From IMG/VR virus record IMGVR_UViG_3300044629_000793, positions 1 through 28,698 of that record: DNA of 28,698 nucleotides; one strand, written 5' to 3'. Below, in pieces: positions 1 through 9,419 of this stretch. How positions within the stretch are numbered: position 1 is the first letter of the stretch; each line of letters starts with the position of its first letter. This DNA comes from a virus. Taxonomy: Duplodnaviria; Caudoviricetes. Position numbers and translations under genes: made by a program. The notes beneath the pieces are model-generated. The model was given only the letters and a program-made list of their open reading frames with translations, did not search any database and had not been told where the DNA came from.

Positions 1-3000
1 TGACGTTTGACCTTATCTGTTCATTTTGTTCTTGTAGTGTTTTCTCTAACTCATTTAATTTGACTGCTAATTTATCATGTCGGTTTTCGCTTAGGCCCCA
101 AAGTGCATGCATTAGTTCTGGGGTGGTCTTACCAGCCGAGATTTTGGTTGCGTACTTCTCTAGAACGTTATCGATGCTGAACATCTGGACCGATGAGATA
201 CGATGCATTTCCGTGTCAGGGGAACGGTGCACCAGTGACGCTAGCTCGCCTTTTCTCAGCTGAGCAATGATTGAATCGCGATCTCCCTGTATGCCAAGAT
301 CCTCGACCATCTGGTCGACTAAGTTCTCTCTGATTCCTAACTTATTTGCATAGTTCTCATTGATGTAATCTCCGAGCCCAGAGAAGAGATCTGGATTGGC
401 ATTTGACTGAGCCTGAAGACGCAAGGACCCTTGGACATGTCCTGAAAAGGCTTTGGCGGGAGCCTGGGTGCGGCCTACAGTAATTTCAGCAAGTGCATCA
501 CCATATGCTGCGATCCTCCTTGTTGTATCTCGATTCCCCATTCGGGCATCCATGATAAGCCCTTGCAGAGCTTCATCGATTGCTGTTGGCCTGTAGATAC
601 CTGAAGGAGTTGTGAATCCTCCTGTATGTGTGCTGATGGCCTGAGGGTGATAGATGTACTTATTTGTTTCCGAGCCAGTCCCAAAGATCAGTCCGCCAGA
701 ATCTGCTGCTCCGAATTTCTCTCTTACCGCCCTAAATGCCTCATCTCTCTGTTCTTGGTTTGGGGAAAATAGATCTGAGATGACACCACCGGGAAGGTCG
801 CTTCCCGCCAACTCGTTAATCGAGATGGCCTTGAGATTCTCCTTTGAGTCAAAGTATGCAGATCTCTTGAAGATTTCGGATGCCTCGTCTGCCTTGTCAG
901 AAGTCAGACGTCCAGCTAGCTCGATACCCATATCTGCGACAACACCACCTTGAGCTTGGGTGTGGCCTAGAGTCTGCAAGTTGAATGAGCCCTGGCGACC
1001 TGAACCACCAGTTTTAGCTGGACTACCGTGAACGCCTACTGTGCGGTTTAATGCTCCGTATTTTAACTGGCCCTCTAAAGTTGCTCCCCATAGTTCTCTT
1101 GCTTTGCCTTCTTTAAAAGCACCTGCCTCATGAAGCTGTCGGTAGATGTAGCCAGCTTCCAACAATGAAGCATTAGCTCCTTGCTTGATAGCAGCTTCAT
1201 GGATGCCAAATACTGCTACATCTTTAGCGACGGCTAGATCCTTGAAGAATCTATCTGGCGCCCAGCGACCTTTTCTGCTTGGCGATTCCATTGTCAGTCC
1301 GACAGCCTTTTCGAAGCGGTCTGCTAGATTGTACTTCCCATTATCGATAATCTGGGGCGTACCTGTTTCTGGATTGATAGTATAGCCAAGCTCCCTGATA
1401 GAATTGAGACGTTCGTATAGAGCTGCATGTTTCAGCTCCAATCTGCGTAATGCCTGATCACGTATCTTTCTGGCGTCTGGACTTTGTAAGACATCTTCTC
1501 CAAGAGTTAACTTGAACATGTTGTCTTCTAACTTTTGTAGGCCTGAATTTTTAATAGTCAGCGCTTCATCAAATAGTTCTTCCATTAGGCCATGAGTAAG
1601 ATTAGCCATGTTTGCATCGCCGATCTTCTTTGTGCCCTGGACGGTTAGGAGCTGTGTCCCCCGGACTTCTTTTACGGCAGCCCTCCACCGTTTATCCGCA
1701 GTAGTCCCCCGAAATGCATCTTCTAAATGGAATCGGTCTTCTGGACCAGCAGACTGCAAGAAGGCGGCCTCTGCCTTGTTGATCTGCTCTAAGTCTGGAG
1801 CAAATATTTTCCTGATTGCATCAACATCTATTTTGTCTGGGTCCAGTGCAGCGATGAGTCTCGGGTCGTTCTTATTGGCCTCGTATAAAGCACTAAGCTT
1901 CTGAGCGTATCGCCAGTCTGTCTCTCCTTTGATAATTCCCTTGAAGGCCATCAGCTTGTCTTGTCTTGTGAGGTCTCTGTGCATCTCGCCAGCAAGTTGT
2001 ATGGTGGGCTCTCCATTGACCAAGTCTTCTTTTAATTCAGTCAAGTAGAAGGCTCTTGCATTGTCGGGGATGGTAGTCATCCTGCCATCTGCCCCAATGC
2101 CTACAAAGTCACCAGGGTTTAATGTAATGGTCTTAAGAGCCTCGTCCAACTCTATGAATTGCTTGAAGGCTTGTGAACCTGTGTCTGCCGGGTCCAGATA
2201 GTTTCTGAGCTGCTCTCTATAATCGAGCATTTCTTGGAGATAATCACCAGAGAGACCCTCTCTTAAATGATTAGCCAAATCTCCCAGTACCCCGCCCTCT
2301 GCTTTAGAGAGCTTTGCGATCTTGGCGTTTACCGGACTGTCTGGGCCAAAGGCGCCAAGTGACTTATTCTCCTTATAGCCAATACGATCTGCCAGAACAA
2401 ATTCGTCTTCATGAAGATGTAGATCTGCTCTATTTGTCATGGAAAATAGTGTGTTGGCTACAGCGTCTGGCATTGAGTAGGTCCTCAATCGGGTCTTGAT
2501 ATCGCCGGCAACAGTTTCCCTTACTCCGAATAGAGCTGGGGTGCTTCGGAATTTATTCCCAGTGCTTGTAACAACCTTGTCCCGGAGTGTCTGCGCAACA
2601 CTCTTGTTGTCGCCAGTCAGACCAAGAGGATCCGCGCCATAGATATGGCCGGTCCTTGTGGGCATCGCCACATTCATGCTTGTTGCTTGGTTTGCGCTCA
2701 ACCCTGCGGTTGGGTCCATTATGCCCCTATCAATTAGCTGATTCTTAAGAACTTGGAATTCGTTTGGAGCTAATCCAGAATCTGCCAGCACAAGCTGATT
2801 GGCGTATCTTCTGTTCAGTGCCTGGTTTGCCGTCAACATCATCACAGGCTTACTATAATCTTCTCTTGTACGGGCAAGAAACCTCTTGAGGAACTCCCCG
2901 CCCTTGACAGAGCCCTTTCTAAAATCCTCCAGACCTCCTTCAAGAGCCCAGTCTAAGAAATACTCATCAGTGCGGCGCACTAGTTCGAATGGATCTTTGT

Positions 3001-3979
3001 AGTCGTTCTTTAGGATTCTTGTCTTGATATCCGCGGCGCCTACATACTTCGCGACTCCTCTGACCTTGCCGTTCTTTCCCCATCTAAGAATATGGTCTTC
3101 GTCTTCCAGATAGAGATTTAGGACTCTCTTGTTTGAGGTGATTCGAACGCCAGTATGGAACATCTTGCCACCTTCTTCTAAGGTGATAAGCTTCATGGAC
3201 ATCTTCTGTTTGTTACTTAGACCAGGGGTAGAGTTGATCTGTTGGACCCGCTCATAGAGCTGTTGGATGCGGCTAGTAAGGCCCTCTCTGCCGGCAAAGG
3301 CCTTTTCTAGTTGCGCCTTGCCCTTTGTGTAAGAGACTGGTGTCTCTATTCCTGTTATAGACGACAAGGCGAACCCACCCTCTTCCTTGAGCTGCTTTAC
3401 AGTCTTGAGGACTCCGCCTTCTGATTCGATCTGTCCATACGCAGTGGCAAGTTTCTTTAATGCTGCTTCGCCTCTTTGGGAAGCCCCCTGAAGCCCAGTT
3501 GGTGTGATCAGATTTAGTTTGTTATAAGAGGCGACTCTTTCTAGGTGCTCTCTGTAGAATCTTGTGCCAAGTGGGTTTTCTGCGCTGCCACCTATCAGTG
3601 AAGTGAGCTGCTCTCTGGTTATCGATGCTGGGTTTTCTAGGTCTATGCCGAGACCGATTGCGGTCTTCTGTAAGCCATACGAACGTATTAGCCCCTTCAC
3701 TGTTGAGCCACGGATGAGCCCCATCGCATCTGCTACACCTTCTGCACCAGCTCCCGGATAGAAGAGGGACGCGACTTGTTCTGCGGTTCTGAAGTTACGG
3801 TTGCCTCGAGCTTCCATAATCTTCTTGTACATTCCGCTTGCTTCTTTCTGGGCTCTCCATGGAGCCGTGAGTGTTCCTTTCGCAGAAATATCTCTATATG
3901 TGCGATATGCAGTTACACCCGCACCAGCAATCATAATTCCCGGTGCTACATAGTCCCCAAAGAAATCATTATTTGCCAT
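1..3979 (-). CDS. Large protein (>1326 aa, truncated at window edge); putative single-chain two-barrel (double-psi beta-barrel) virion RNA polymerase in the tape-measure locus
   Basis: Absent from the ORF track because it has no stop in the window. Hand translation from ATG 3979 (TAATG overlap with upstream stop) gives MANNDFFGDYVAPGIMIAGAGVTAY... open to position 2. Motifs in order: EDEFVLADRI (~aa 524), LNPGDFVG, DKLMAFKGIIKG (~aa 674-685), GGSGRQGSFNLQTL (~aa 991), SGHVQGSLR (~aa 1179-1187), LVHRSP (R1252). ORF confidence is high; the RNAP call is moderate. Confidence 0.7.
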   Translation of the reverse strand, partial: MANNDFFGDYVAPGIMIAGAGVTAYRTYRDISAKGTLTAPWRAQKEASGMYKKIMEARGNRNFRTAEQVASLFYPGAGAEGVADAMGLIRGSTVKGLIRSYGLQKTAIGLGIDLENPASITREQLTSLIGGSAENPLGTRFYREHLERVASYNKLNLITPTGLQGASQRGEAALKKLATAYGQIESEGGVLKTVKQLKEEGGFALSSITGIETPVSYTKGKAQLEKAFAGREGLTSRIQQLYERVQQINSTPGLSNKQKMSMKLITLEEGGKMFHTGVRITSNKRVLNLYLEDEDHILRWGKNGKVRGVAKYVGAADIKTRILKNDYKDPFELVRRTDEYFLDWALEGGLEDFRKGSVKGGEFLKRFLARTREDYSKPVMMLTANQALNRRYANQLVLADSGLAPNEFQVLKNQLIDRGIMDPTAGLSANQATSMNVAMPTRTGHIYGADPLGLTGDNKSVAQTLRDKVVTSTGNKFRSTPALFGVRETVAGDIKTRLRTYSMPDAVANTLFSMTNRADLHLHEDEFVLADRIGYKENKSLGAFGPDSPVNAKIAKLSKAEGGVLGDLANHLREGLSGDYLQEMLDYREQLRNYLDPADTGSQAFKQFIELDEALKTITLNPGDFVGIGADGRMTTIPDNARAFYLTELKEDLVNGEPTIQLAGEMHRDLTRQDKLMAFKGIIKGETDWRYAQKLSALYEANKNDPRLIAALDPDKIDVDAIRKIFAPDLEQINKAEAAFLQSAGPEDRFHLEDAFRGTTADKRWRAAVKEVRGTQLLTVQGTKKIGDANMANLTHGLMEELFDEALTIKNSGLQKLEDNMFKLTLGEDVLQSPDARKIRDQALRRLELKHAALYERLNSIRELGYTINPETGTPQIIDNGKYNLADRFEKAVGLTMESPSRKGRWAPDRFFKDLAVAKDVAVFGIHEAAIKQGANASLLEAGYIYRQLHEAGAFKEGKARELWGATLEGQLKYGALNRTVGVHGSPAKTGGSGRQGSFNLQTLGHTQAQGGVVADMGIELAGRLTSDKADEASEIFKRSAYFDSKENLKAISINELAGSDLPGGVISDLFSPNQEQRDEAFRAVREKFGAADSGGLIFGTGSETNKYIYHPQAISTHTGGFTTPSGIYRPTAIDEALQGLIMDARMGNRDTTRRIAAYGDALAEITVGRTQAPAKAFSGHVQGSLRLQAQSNANPDLFSGLGDYINENYANKLGIRENLVDQMVEDLGIQGDRDSIIAQLRKGELASLVHRSPDTEMHRISSVQMFSIDNVLEKYATKISAGKTTPELMHALWGLSENRHDKLAVKLNELEKTLQEQNEQIRSNV

Positions 3980-6900
3980 TACCTTCCGTACCTCTTAATC
4001 TCTCTGTCGAGCTCTTTTCTTCTGTTAGTCCCTACATCTAAGGTGATTCTAGTTTGATCTCCAGATGTTGGCACAATCTCTACGTCCAAGTCATTCAATC
4101 TTAGAGCAGTCAATGACTGCACGATATCTTCTCTTATTATCGTAGGACTCATCAGATCGCTAGCCGCTTCGTTTAGATATGGCTTTCTTGCTGCAGAGCG
4201 CTCGTCGCCTTCCCATAAATCAAAGTCGTGGAAATCCATACCCTGAGCTTGGACCACCTTTAGCTTTACATCGTCCATAGTTACTGCTGGGTGATAGCCA
4301 ATCCAGTCGGCCTTTGGTGCATCAAAAGGAGACTCTTCAAAATAGGATTCTAACTTCTTTGCTCTAATATAGTCTGGGAATGTATTGCTGCGAACGTCTC
4401 CGCCCTCTACTTTGTTTATGTAACTATTCCAAGCATTTGTATCTGTAGCTTCGCCTTCTGTGGCTCTAGAAGATTCAATTGCTATTACAGCTGCTTGTTC
4501 GTCTGAGGTTAGATTCCCCTTTGCAGCTAGACCTGCATAAATTTGTTTCTGCCACTGTGCAGTATAGAATTTACGAGTATAGCGCGGGACCATCTCTAAG
4601 ATACGCCCCTTCTCCTCTGGCGACTCAGACGTAATAAACTGTTCAAAGAATGGTAGTTCCTCTCGAGGAAGGACCTTCTTCACTGTATCCATATCAGCAT
4701 ATGGATCAGCGCCGAACATTGTGTATTCAGCTTTTCTCGCAAAAGCAAAAGCGGCCCGACCCTCACCTTCTCCTCTAGCATTAGCCTCTAACCGCTTGTA
4801 CTTCATGTACTCGAGCTTATCGAAGTATTCGGTCAGATCTCTCTTCTCTTGGACGCTATCTGGAATGCCTTCGTAGCCAAAAGCATGAGCTGCATTGTAC
4901 AATGCTGGCTTGATAAAGTCCTCGATAGGGCTGTCCCAGCTTGGCGATCTAGTGCTATACAGGTTCCTGTCTTCGTATTCTGTTATAGAGTCTACTGGAC
5001 CTGCGAACTTATGCACGGGAGAAATTGGCAGTAGGTGTTCCACTGGATTCATTCTGCCTGCTTTAGTGATACCAGCCCAATATTTCCCTATCAAAGAATC
5101 TGGCTCTTCTCTGAACTTTACCTTCTGTTCTCTTTCTCTCAACTCAACCTTGGTGCCTTCGTAGAGAGCTAGATCTTTCTCGGAGAGACTGCCGGATGAC
5201 GCAAGACCTTCTATCTTCTTGGATATATCTTTGAACTGCTGAGAGAATGGAGCGATGTCGCCAAGGATTCTATACTTATGAATGTCTGGATAATCCTCAG
5301 GATTGACACCAGCAAGTTCTTTAAATCTAGATTCGTATCCGCTTCCTGGAAGTCTGTATTCACCTTCCGGGATTGCCTGATATGGATCGCCATGGCTGAA
5401 GTCGATATAATTTTCAGGACCTGGCATCCATGATGGCATTTCGTTCTGAATTGGGTTTACCTTCTCCAACTGGAAGCGCTCCTTTGGAATGAAACGTCGA
5501 AGAGCTTCTGTTGTGGTAAAACCACCACCGATATTTGAGTCCCAAAACTGATCTCTCATTGATCCCACGTCAGCAAAGCTGGCGAGAACTGGTTGGTCTA
5601 CACCGAAGTCGCTGCTCCCCGTCACGGCCTTCTTTACAGCAGAGAAGATGAAGCCAGGTAAACCTGATGCTTCCGTGGCCTTATATGCCATTTCCCCAGC
5701 CAAGAAGGACTGGTCGTAGGGTGATGCAGCGGCGGGCGGACCAAGGCCGCCTAATGCCTCGCTAGGGGCCTCAGATACGTTCTTTCCAAAAAGTACTACT
5801 TCGCCAGCAGAAACTCCTTCTCTTCCTCCTGGAGATACCTCATCCTCATGCATGACCTTGGGCGGCTTGAGAACTCGTCCAATAGTCATACCCCAGAGAG
5901 TGCCGAGTGGACCGAAGCCACTTGTGTCTGGTCCTGTGATAGGATATGGACGTTCGTAGTAGAGTTCTTTCTCTCTCCAGTACGGATCGATAACGCTTTT
6001 AATCATTCTGCTGAATGGTTTGTCTGCGTAATCTCCGAACTGAAGTTCGTCGGCAGGGGAATCCATTAGACGAGCGTACCAGTTTGGGCGGTAATACTGC
6101 GTCTGCTCCCCTTCGATATCTGTTCTGCCCATTTCCCAGAAGGCACCCTTGCGGACAGCTACTTCTGTTTCTCCTCGTTGTTCTGCGACAACTTCATCGT
6201 AGTCTTTGTTAGAGCCAAGTGCTCCGAGGAGGAATGGCAAGCTCATGGCTCCACCGATAGCAGCACCGATGATGCCAAACTTTCTCCCTCTAGTCATAGG
6301 CTTGCTTAAGTCGCCGACTATAGGGAGATCCCTCTTGAGTGCCCCCATGGCATCTGGCAGCTGGTGGACTTCTTCTCTCGCGGCAAGCCATCCGGTTTTG
6401 CCCGCCTCAGCAGCAATAGGATTAGTTATGGAAGCTATAGTCGCCCCAGTCACAGCTCCTGCAAAGGGGAAGGCTAGCACTCCGAGTAGTCTATGAGATC
6501 CCTCGGCTTCTCTCTCTTGGGCCTTGTTGAGACTTGTGAGGCCCAGCTTATCCGAGATGCTCGCATAGATTCTCTGGGTCGCGCCAACTGCTGCACCACC
6601 GACCTGAGCTAGAGATTTGTCAGAGACAAGTTCTGTCACTCGACTGCCTAACTCGTAGGCCGCCGTGAGCCCTAGCGCGAGTGGGATAATCCGCTTTGCA
6701 TGTCTACCCCAGAGGTCCATTGTCGAACCGCTGTAGTCTCCACCAGTCCCGAATAGGTTCTTTAAGAAGGCATAGCTCTTTGTCTTGCGGACTCCAGCGA
6801 ATAGATCCTGTTTACCAACGAGGTCTTCGATGGCCTCAAGTGGCTGATCTAACATTCGAAGATAGCGTTCACTCATCTTCTTCGTAAAGACTTCGCCCTC

Positions 6901-7884
6901 TTGCATTACGGCCCTAGCCTTGGGCCCCATGACAGAATCTGCGCCCTTCTCTACCAGCTTAGGATCTATGAAGGTTTCGACTAGTTCTCGAGTTGTTCCT
7001 GTTAACTTTGTCGACTCTGGAGTCTTGTAGACCATGTATGGAAATTCATTTGTGTGACTAATGGGTCTTGCGCCCATCGTCTCAGACAATGTGTCCATAT
7101 CACGGATTACCTGTTGGTACTTGGAGTGTCCTGTCGCCGGATCAATTGGCCCTCCCATATCCCAACGTCGGACACCAATCCTTACATCAGGAGATACAAG
7201 TTCCTTGATGGCTCCATGTTCGTCTAGACTAAAGAGACCAGGGGCCTTGCCTGGTGAGGCGATACCACCTTCTACCAGTTTGGCTACTTCACTCTTAATC
7301 TCTTGATTTGATAGAGTTAATGACTCGCGGGCAGCCTTGGAGCGAACGTATTCTTCGAGGTCTGCTTCCGAGAATGGAGCTACCTGGAATCCGTGCAGCT
7401 CCTCTTCGGGGAAGAGACTCCTTCCTATTAGCGCCTCATAATGGCTTTGAGCCCCCTCCAGAGCAGAGGCAGGGATGTGTAGCCTCGAGTTTGCATTTGT
7501 AAAGGTCTGTCTGCCTAGCGCACCATAGAGGCCGAATGTTCTTGGGATGCCCCCAAATAATTCCTCGAAATACTTAGTCCCCTCGAGAAGGAAATCACCT
7601 ACGGTTGCCTCTATCTTCCCATTCGCGAGCTTTGTTTTTCCCCGAACTTCGTACCAAGGTGTCTGGCCAACCTTGTCTAGGCCTCCAGATAAGTATTTGA
7701 ATTTATTAGGATCTACTTGGATTTTTATAGTAGTTGAGGCCCACCGTACACCCACAATGGCAATAGAACCAAACGCAGCATACTTAAGTGCGTTTGTCCA
7801 TCTATTGTAATCGGCTTGCTCGTGGCCGGTTACCTCGATGAATGGACGTCTATCTATCCCTTGGATGGGTGTGTTTGTGGCCAT
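3979..7884 (-). CDS. Tape-measure-like / ejected virion protein, 1301 aa
   Basis: Large gene directly after the tail tube and chaperone genes. Several Gly/Ala-rich hydrophobic segments (YAAFGSIAIVGV; IIPLALGLTAAY; LLGVLAFPFAGAVTGATIASI; FGIIGAAIGGAMSLPFLLGALG) typical of tape measure proteins. Confidence 0.65.
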   Translation of the reverse strand: MATNTPIQGIDRRPFIEVTGHEQADYNRWTNALKYAAFGSIAIVGVRWASTTIKIQVDPNKFKYLSGGLDKVGQTPWYEVRGKTKLANGKIEATVGDFLLEGTKYFEELFGGIPRTFGLYGALGRQTFTNANSRLHIPASALEGAQSHYEALIGRSLFPEEELHGFQVAPFSEADLEEYVRSKAARESLTLSNQEIKSEVAKLVEGGIASPGKAPGLFSLDEHGAIKELVSPDVRIGVRRWDMGGPIDPATGHSKYQQVIRDMDTLSETMGARPISHTNEFPYMVYKTPESTKLTGTTRELVETFIDPKLVEKGADSVMGPKARAVMQEGEVFTKKMSERYLRMLDQPLEAIEDLVGKQDLFAGVRKTKSYAFLKNLFGTGGDYSGSTMDLWGRHAKRIIPLALGLTAAYELGSRVTELVSDKSLAQVGGAAVGATQRIYASISDKLGLTSLNKAQEREAEGSHRLLGVLAFPFAGAVTGATIASITNPIAAEAGKTGWLAAREEVHQLPDAMGALKRDLPIVGDLSKPMTRGRKFGIIGAAIGGAMSLPFLLGALGSNKDYDEVVAEQRGETEVAVRKGAFWEMGRTDIEGEQTQYYRPNWYARLMDSPADELQFGDYADKPFSRMIKSVIDPYWREKELYYERPYPITGPDTSGFGPLGTLWGMTIGRVLKPPKVMHEDEVSPGGREGVSAGEVVLFGKNVSEAPSEALGGLGPPAAASPYDQSFLAGEMAYKATEASGLPGFIFSAVKKAVTGSSDFGVDQPVLASFADVGSMRDQFWDSNIGGGFTTTEALRRFIPKERFQLEKVNPIQNEMPSWMPGPENYIDFSHGDPYQAIPEGEYRLPGSGYESRFKELAGVNPEDYPDIHKYRILGDIAPFSQQFKDISKKIEGLASSGSLSEKDLALYEGTKVELREREQKVKFREEPDSLIGKYWAGITKAGRMNPVEHLLPISPVHKFAGPVDSITEYEDRNLYSTRSPSWDSPIEDFIKPALYNAAHAFGYEGIPDSVQEKRDLTEYFDKLEYMKYKRLEANARGEGEGRAAFAFARKAEYTMFGADPYADMDTVKKVLPREELPFFEQFITSESPEEKGRILEMVPRYTRKFYTAQWQKQIYAGLAAKGNLTSDEQAAVIAIESSRATEGEATDTNAWNSYINKVEGGDVRSNTFPDYIRAKKLESYFEESPFDAPKADWIGYHPAVTMDDVKLKVVQAQGMDFHDFDLWEGDERSAARKPYLNEAASDLMSPTIIREDIVQSLTALRLNDLDVEIVPTSGDQTRITLDVGTNRRKELDREIKRYGR

Positions 7885-8616
7885 TTATCTCATTCCCTTT
7901 TGTCTAAAGAATTCTTCACGTAGCTGAGACTGCTGTTGTTGCTTCTCCCTTCTCATTGTGTCGATCTCTCTTTCGAGCTGTCTTGGATCTTGGATATCAT
8001 TCCATTCTCTACTCATATCCTTAATCTCTTTCTGGATATCGATCTTGTGCTTCCTCTTCTCTTTCTCGATATCCTCTTCAGTAACTATTCTGAATGGTGG
8101 CTCGATTACCCTGCCCATCAATGTAGCTTCTGCTTGAGCTGCTCTTTTGAGCACTGTCTGCCATTCCATCTTCTCAATATCCTCGGGAGTGTAAGATGGG
8201 AAGGCTCTACAGATGGCCACTGTCAGTTGGTCCTCTATGTTGTCTATGGCACCACGCTGAGAGTCAAGCTGTTGGATAATTGTGTCGGCCTTGAGGGCGC
8301 CTGAGAAATATAAGATAGCCTTTACTACCGTAGAGACGACGCCGGCTGGTTGATCCAGCCGGCAGTCTTCCACGAATAGCATCTTATCTTCGATGTCTAA
8401 TTCTGGAGGGGGCTCTTCGTCATAAGAAGAGAAGATGACGCACTTGTTGTATACGAATTCTTCTAGGTCGATGTCGATGTCGGCGCCTCTTATGAGGCGC
8501 GCTTCACGGAGCTTTTTGTACTCTGACCAGGGGAGGGGAGTCCAAACAACGTAGCCATCATCGAATAGAGTTTGGTATAGCGATGAGGTCGCTACCTTGC
8601 TTGTTAAATAATGCAT
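7885..8616 (-). CDS. Putative tail assembly chaperone (paralogue 2), 243 aa
   Basis: Immediately upstream of the tape-measure-like gene (TAAATG junction). Shares the pattern TPL..SEYK / E.VYNKCVI / PAGVVST with 9420..9917. Charged coiled-coil C-terminus. Confidence 0.55.
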   Translation of the reverse strand: MHYLTSKVATSSLYQTLFDDGYVVWTPLPWSEYKKLREARLIRGADIDIDLEEFVYNKCVIFSSYDEEPPPELDIEDKMLFVEDCRLDQPAGVVSTVVKAILYFSGALKADTIIQQLDSQRGAIDNIEDQLTVAICRAFPSYTPEDIEKMEWQTVLKRAAQAEATLMGRVIEPPFRIVTEEDIEKEKRKHKIDIQKEIKDMSREWNDIQDPRQLEREIDTMRREKQQQQSQLREEFFRQKGMR

Positions 8617-8638
8617 TCTGAGAGAACCTCAGTATTGG

Positions 8639-8707
8639 TTAGCGTCTGATAGGAATATCTCTTGTTGGTTTTTCTACTTGTCCCTTAATAGAGATTGTTG
8701 CGCTCAT
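8639..8707 (-). CDS. Candidate 22-aa small ORF MSATISIKGQVEKPTRDIPIRR
   Basis: ATG at 8707 overlaps the TGA of 8704..9165 (ATGA); TAA at 8639-8641. Fills an otherwise empty gap. No clear SD. Confidence 0.3.
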   Translation of the reverse strand: MSATISIKGQVEKPTRDIPIRR

Positions 8708-9165
8708 AGTGGCACCATTGTGAGATGGACTGTTGGAAGTGGGGCGTTGACGTCTAGAGAGAAACTGAATGACTGGGCGCCATCAAGGCGAGTCCAGTCA
8801 GAGGTCCTACCTGAGCGGACAAAGACTGTCGATACTGGAGTGACACTTTCGCCTACTCCATTTAGCCCCCAGGTGACCTTCATGGTATCAGTCTCGTAGA
8901 CCATGGTCGCTCTTGGGGCGAGAGCTTCTCTAAGATGTTGGTGCGCGGGACCACGTGCCTGCTCGGCTACTTCTAGAATCTTAGGCTCTACGTTCTCCCA
9001 CTCTTCATCCTTAAAAGTTAAGGTCCCTTGGATGGGCTTCTCATCTACCCTCTGGGTGACGATCTCGATGCCTCCAGAGCCATCTGGGTTTGCGATGACA
9101 GTCGTTGTTTCCTCGACTAGAACTACCTCGTTCTTAACGAGCTTTAATAAATCTGGTCTATCCAT
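8704..9165 (-). CDS. Hypothetical protein, 153 aa
   Basis: ORF tiling the operon; TAATG overlap with the upstream gene at 9165. Confidence 0.7.
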   Translation of the reverse strand: MDRPDLLKLVKNEVVLVEETTTVIANPDGSGGIEIVTQRVDEKPIQGTLTFKDEEWENVEPKILEVAEQARGPAHQHLREALAPRATMVYETDTMKVTWGLNGVGESVTPVSTVFVRSGRTSDWTRLDGAQSFSFSLDVNAPLPTVHLTMVPL

Positions 9166-9410
9166 TACTTGATCTCCGGAACATTTTCAGTGTATGGCTC
9201 TGCGTCAATGCCCCAGATGCCGCTGATCTTGCGAGGAGAGCTTGTGGCCTTGAAGACTGTAACCTTCTTGCCGTTCTTCTCCCCTGTAACCTGCTTTCCG
9301 TCTGCCTCGTAGAGGACGAAAACATCGCCCTCCCCGAGACATTCAAATGATAGCTTCTCTGTCCACTTAAAGCCTCTGTAGGCTCTTACTGATCTACTGT
9401 TAGGATTCAT
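9165..9410 (-). CDS. Hypothetical protein, 81 aa
   Basis: AGGA SD upstream (TAAGGAAAGTTTATG); tiles between neighbours. Confidence 0.7.
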   Translation of the reverse strand: MNPNSRSVRAYRGFKWTEKLSFECLGEGDVFVLYEADGKQVTGEKNGKKVTVFKATSSPRKISGIWGIDAEPYTENVPEIK

Positions 9411-9419
9411 AAACTTTCC

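Noticed and set aside
1-3978. Apparent 4-kb gene-poor region in the ORF track (possible ncRNA, pseudogene or recoded DNA)
   Set aside because: It is one uninterrupted minus-strand ORF omitted only because its stop lies outside the window.
3965-4010. Programmed frameshift fusing the tape-like protein to the RNAP-like ORF
   Set aside because: No X XXY YYZ slippery site near the stop. TAATG junctions also occur at 9165, 10600, 17037 and 22489, so ordinary coupling suffices.
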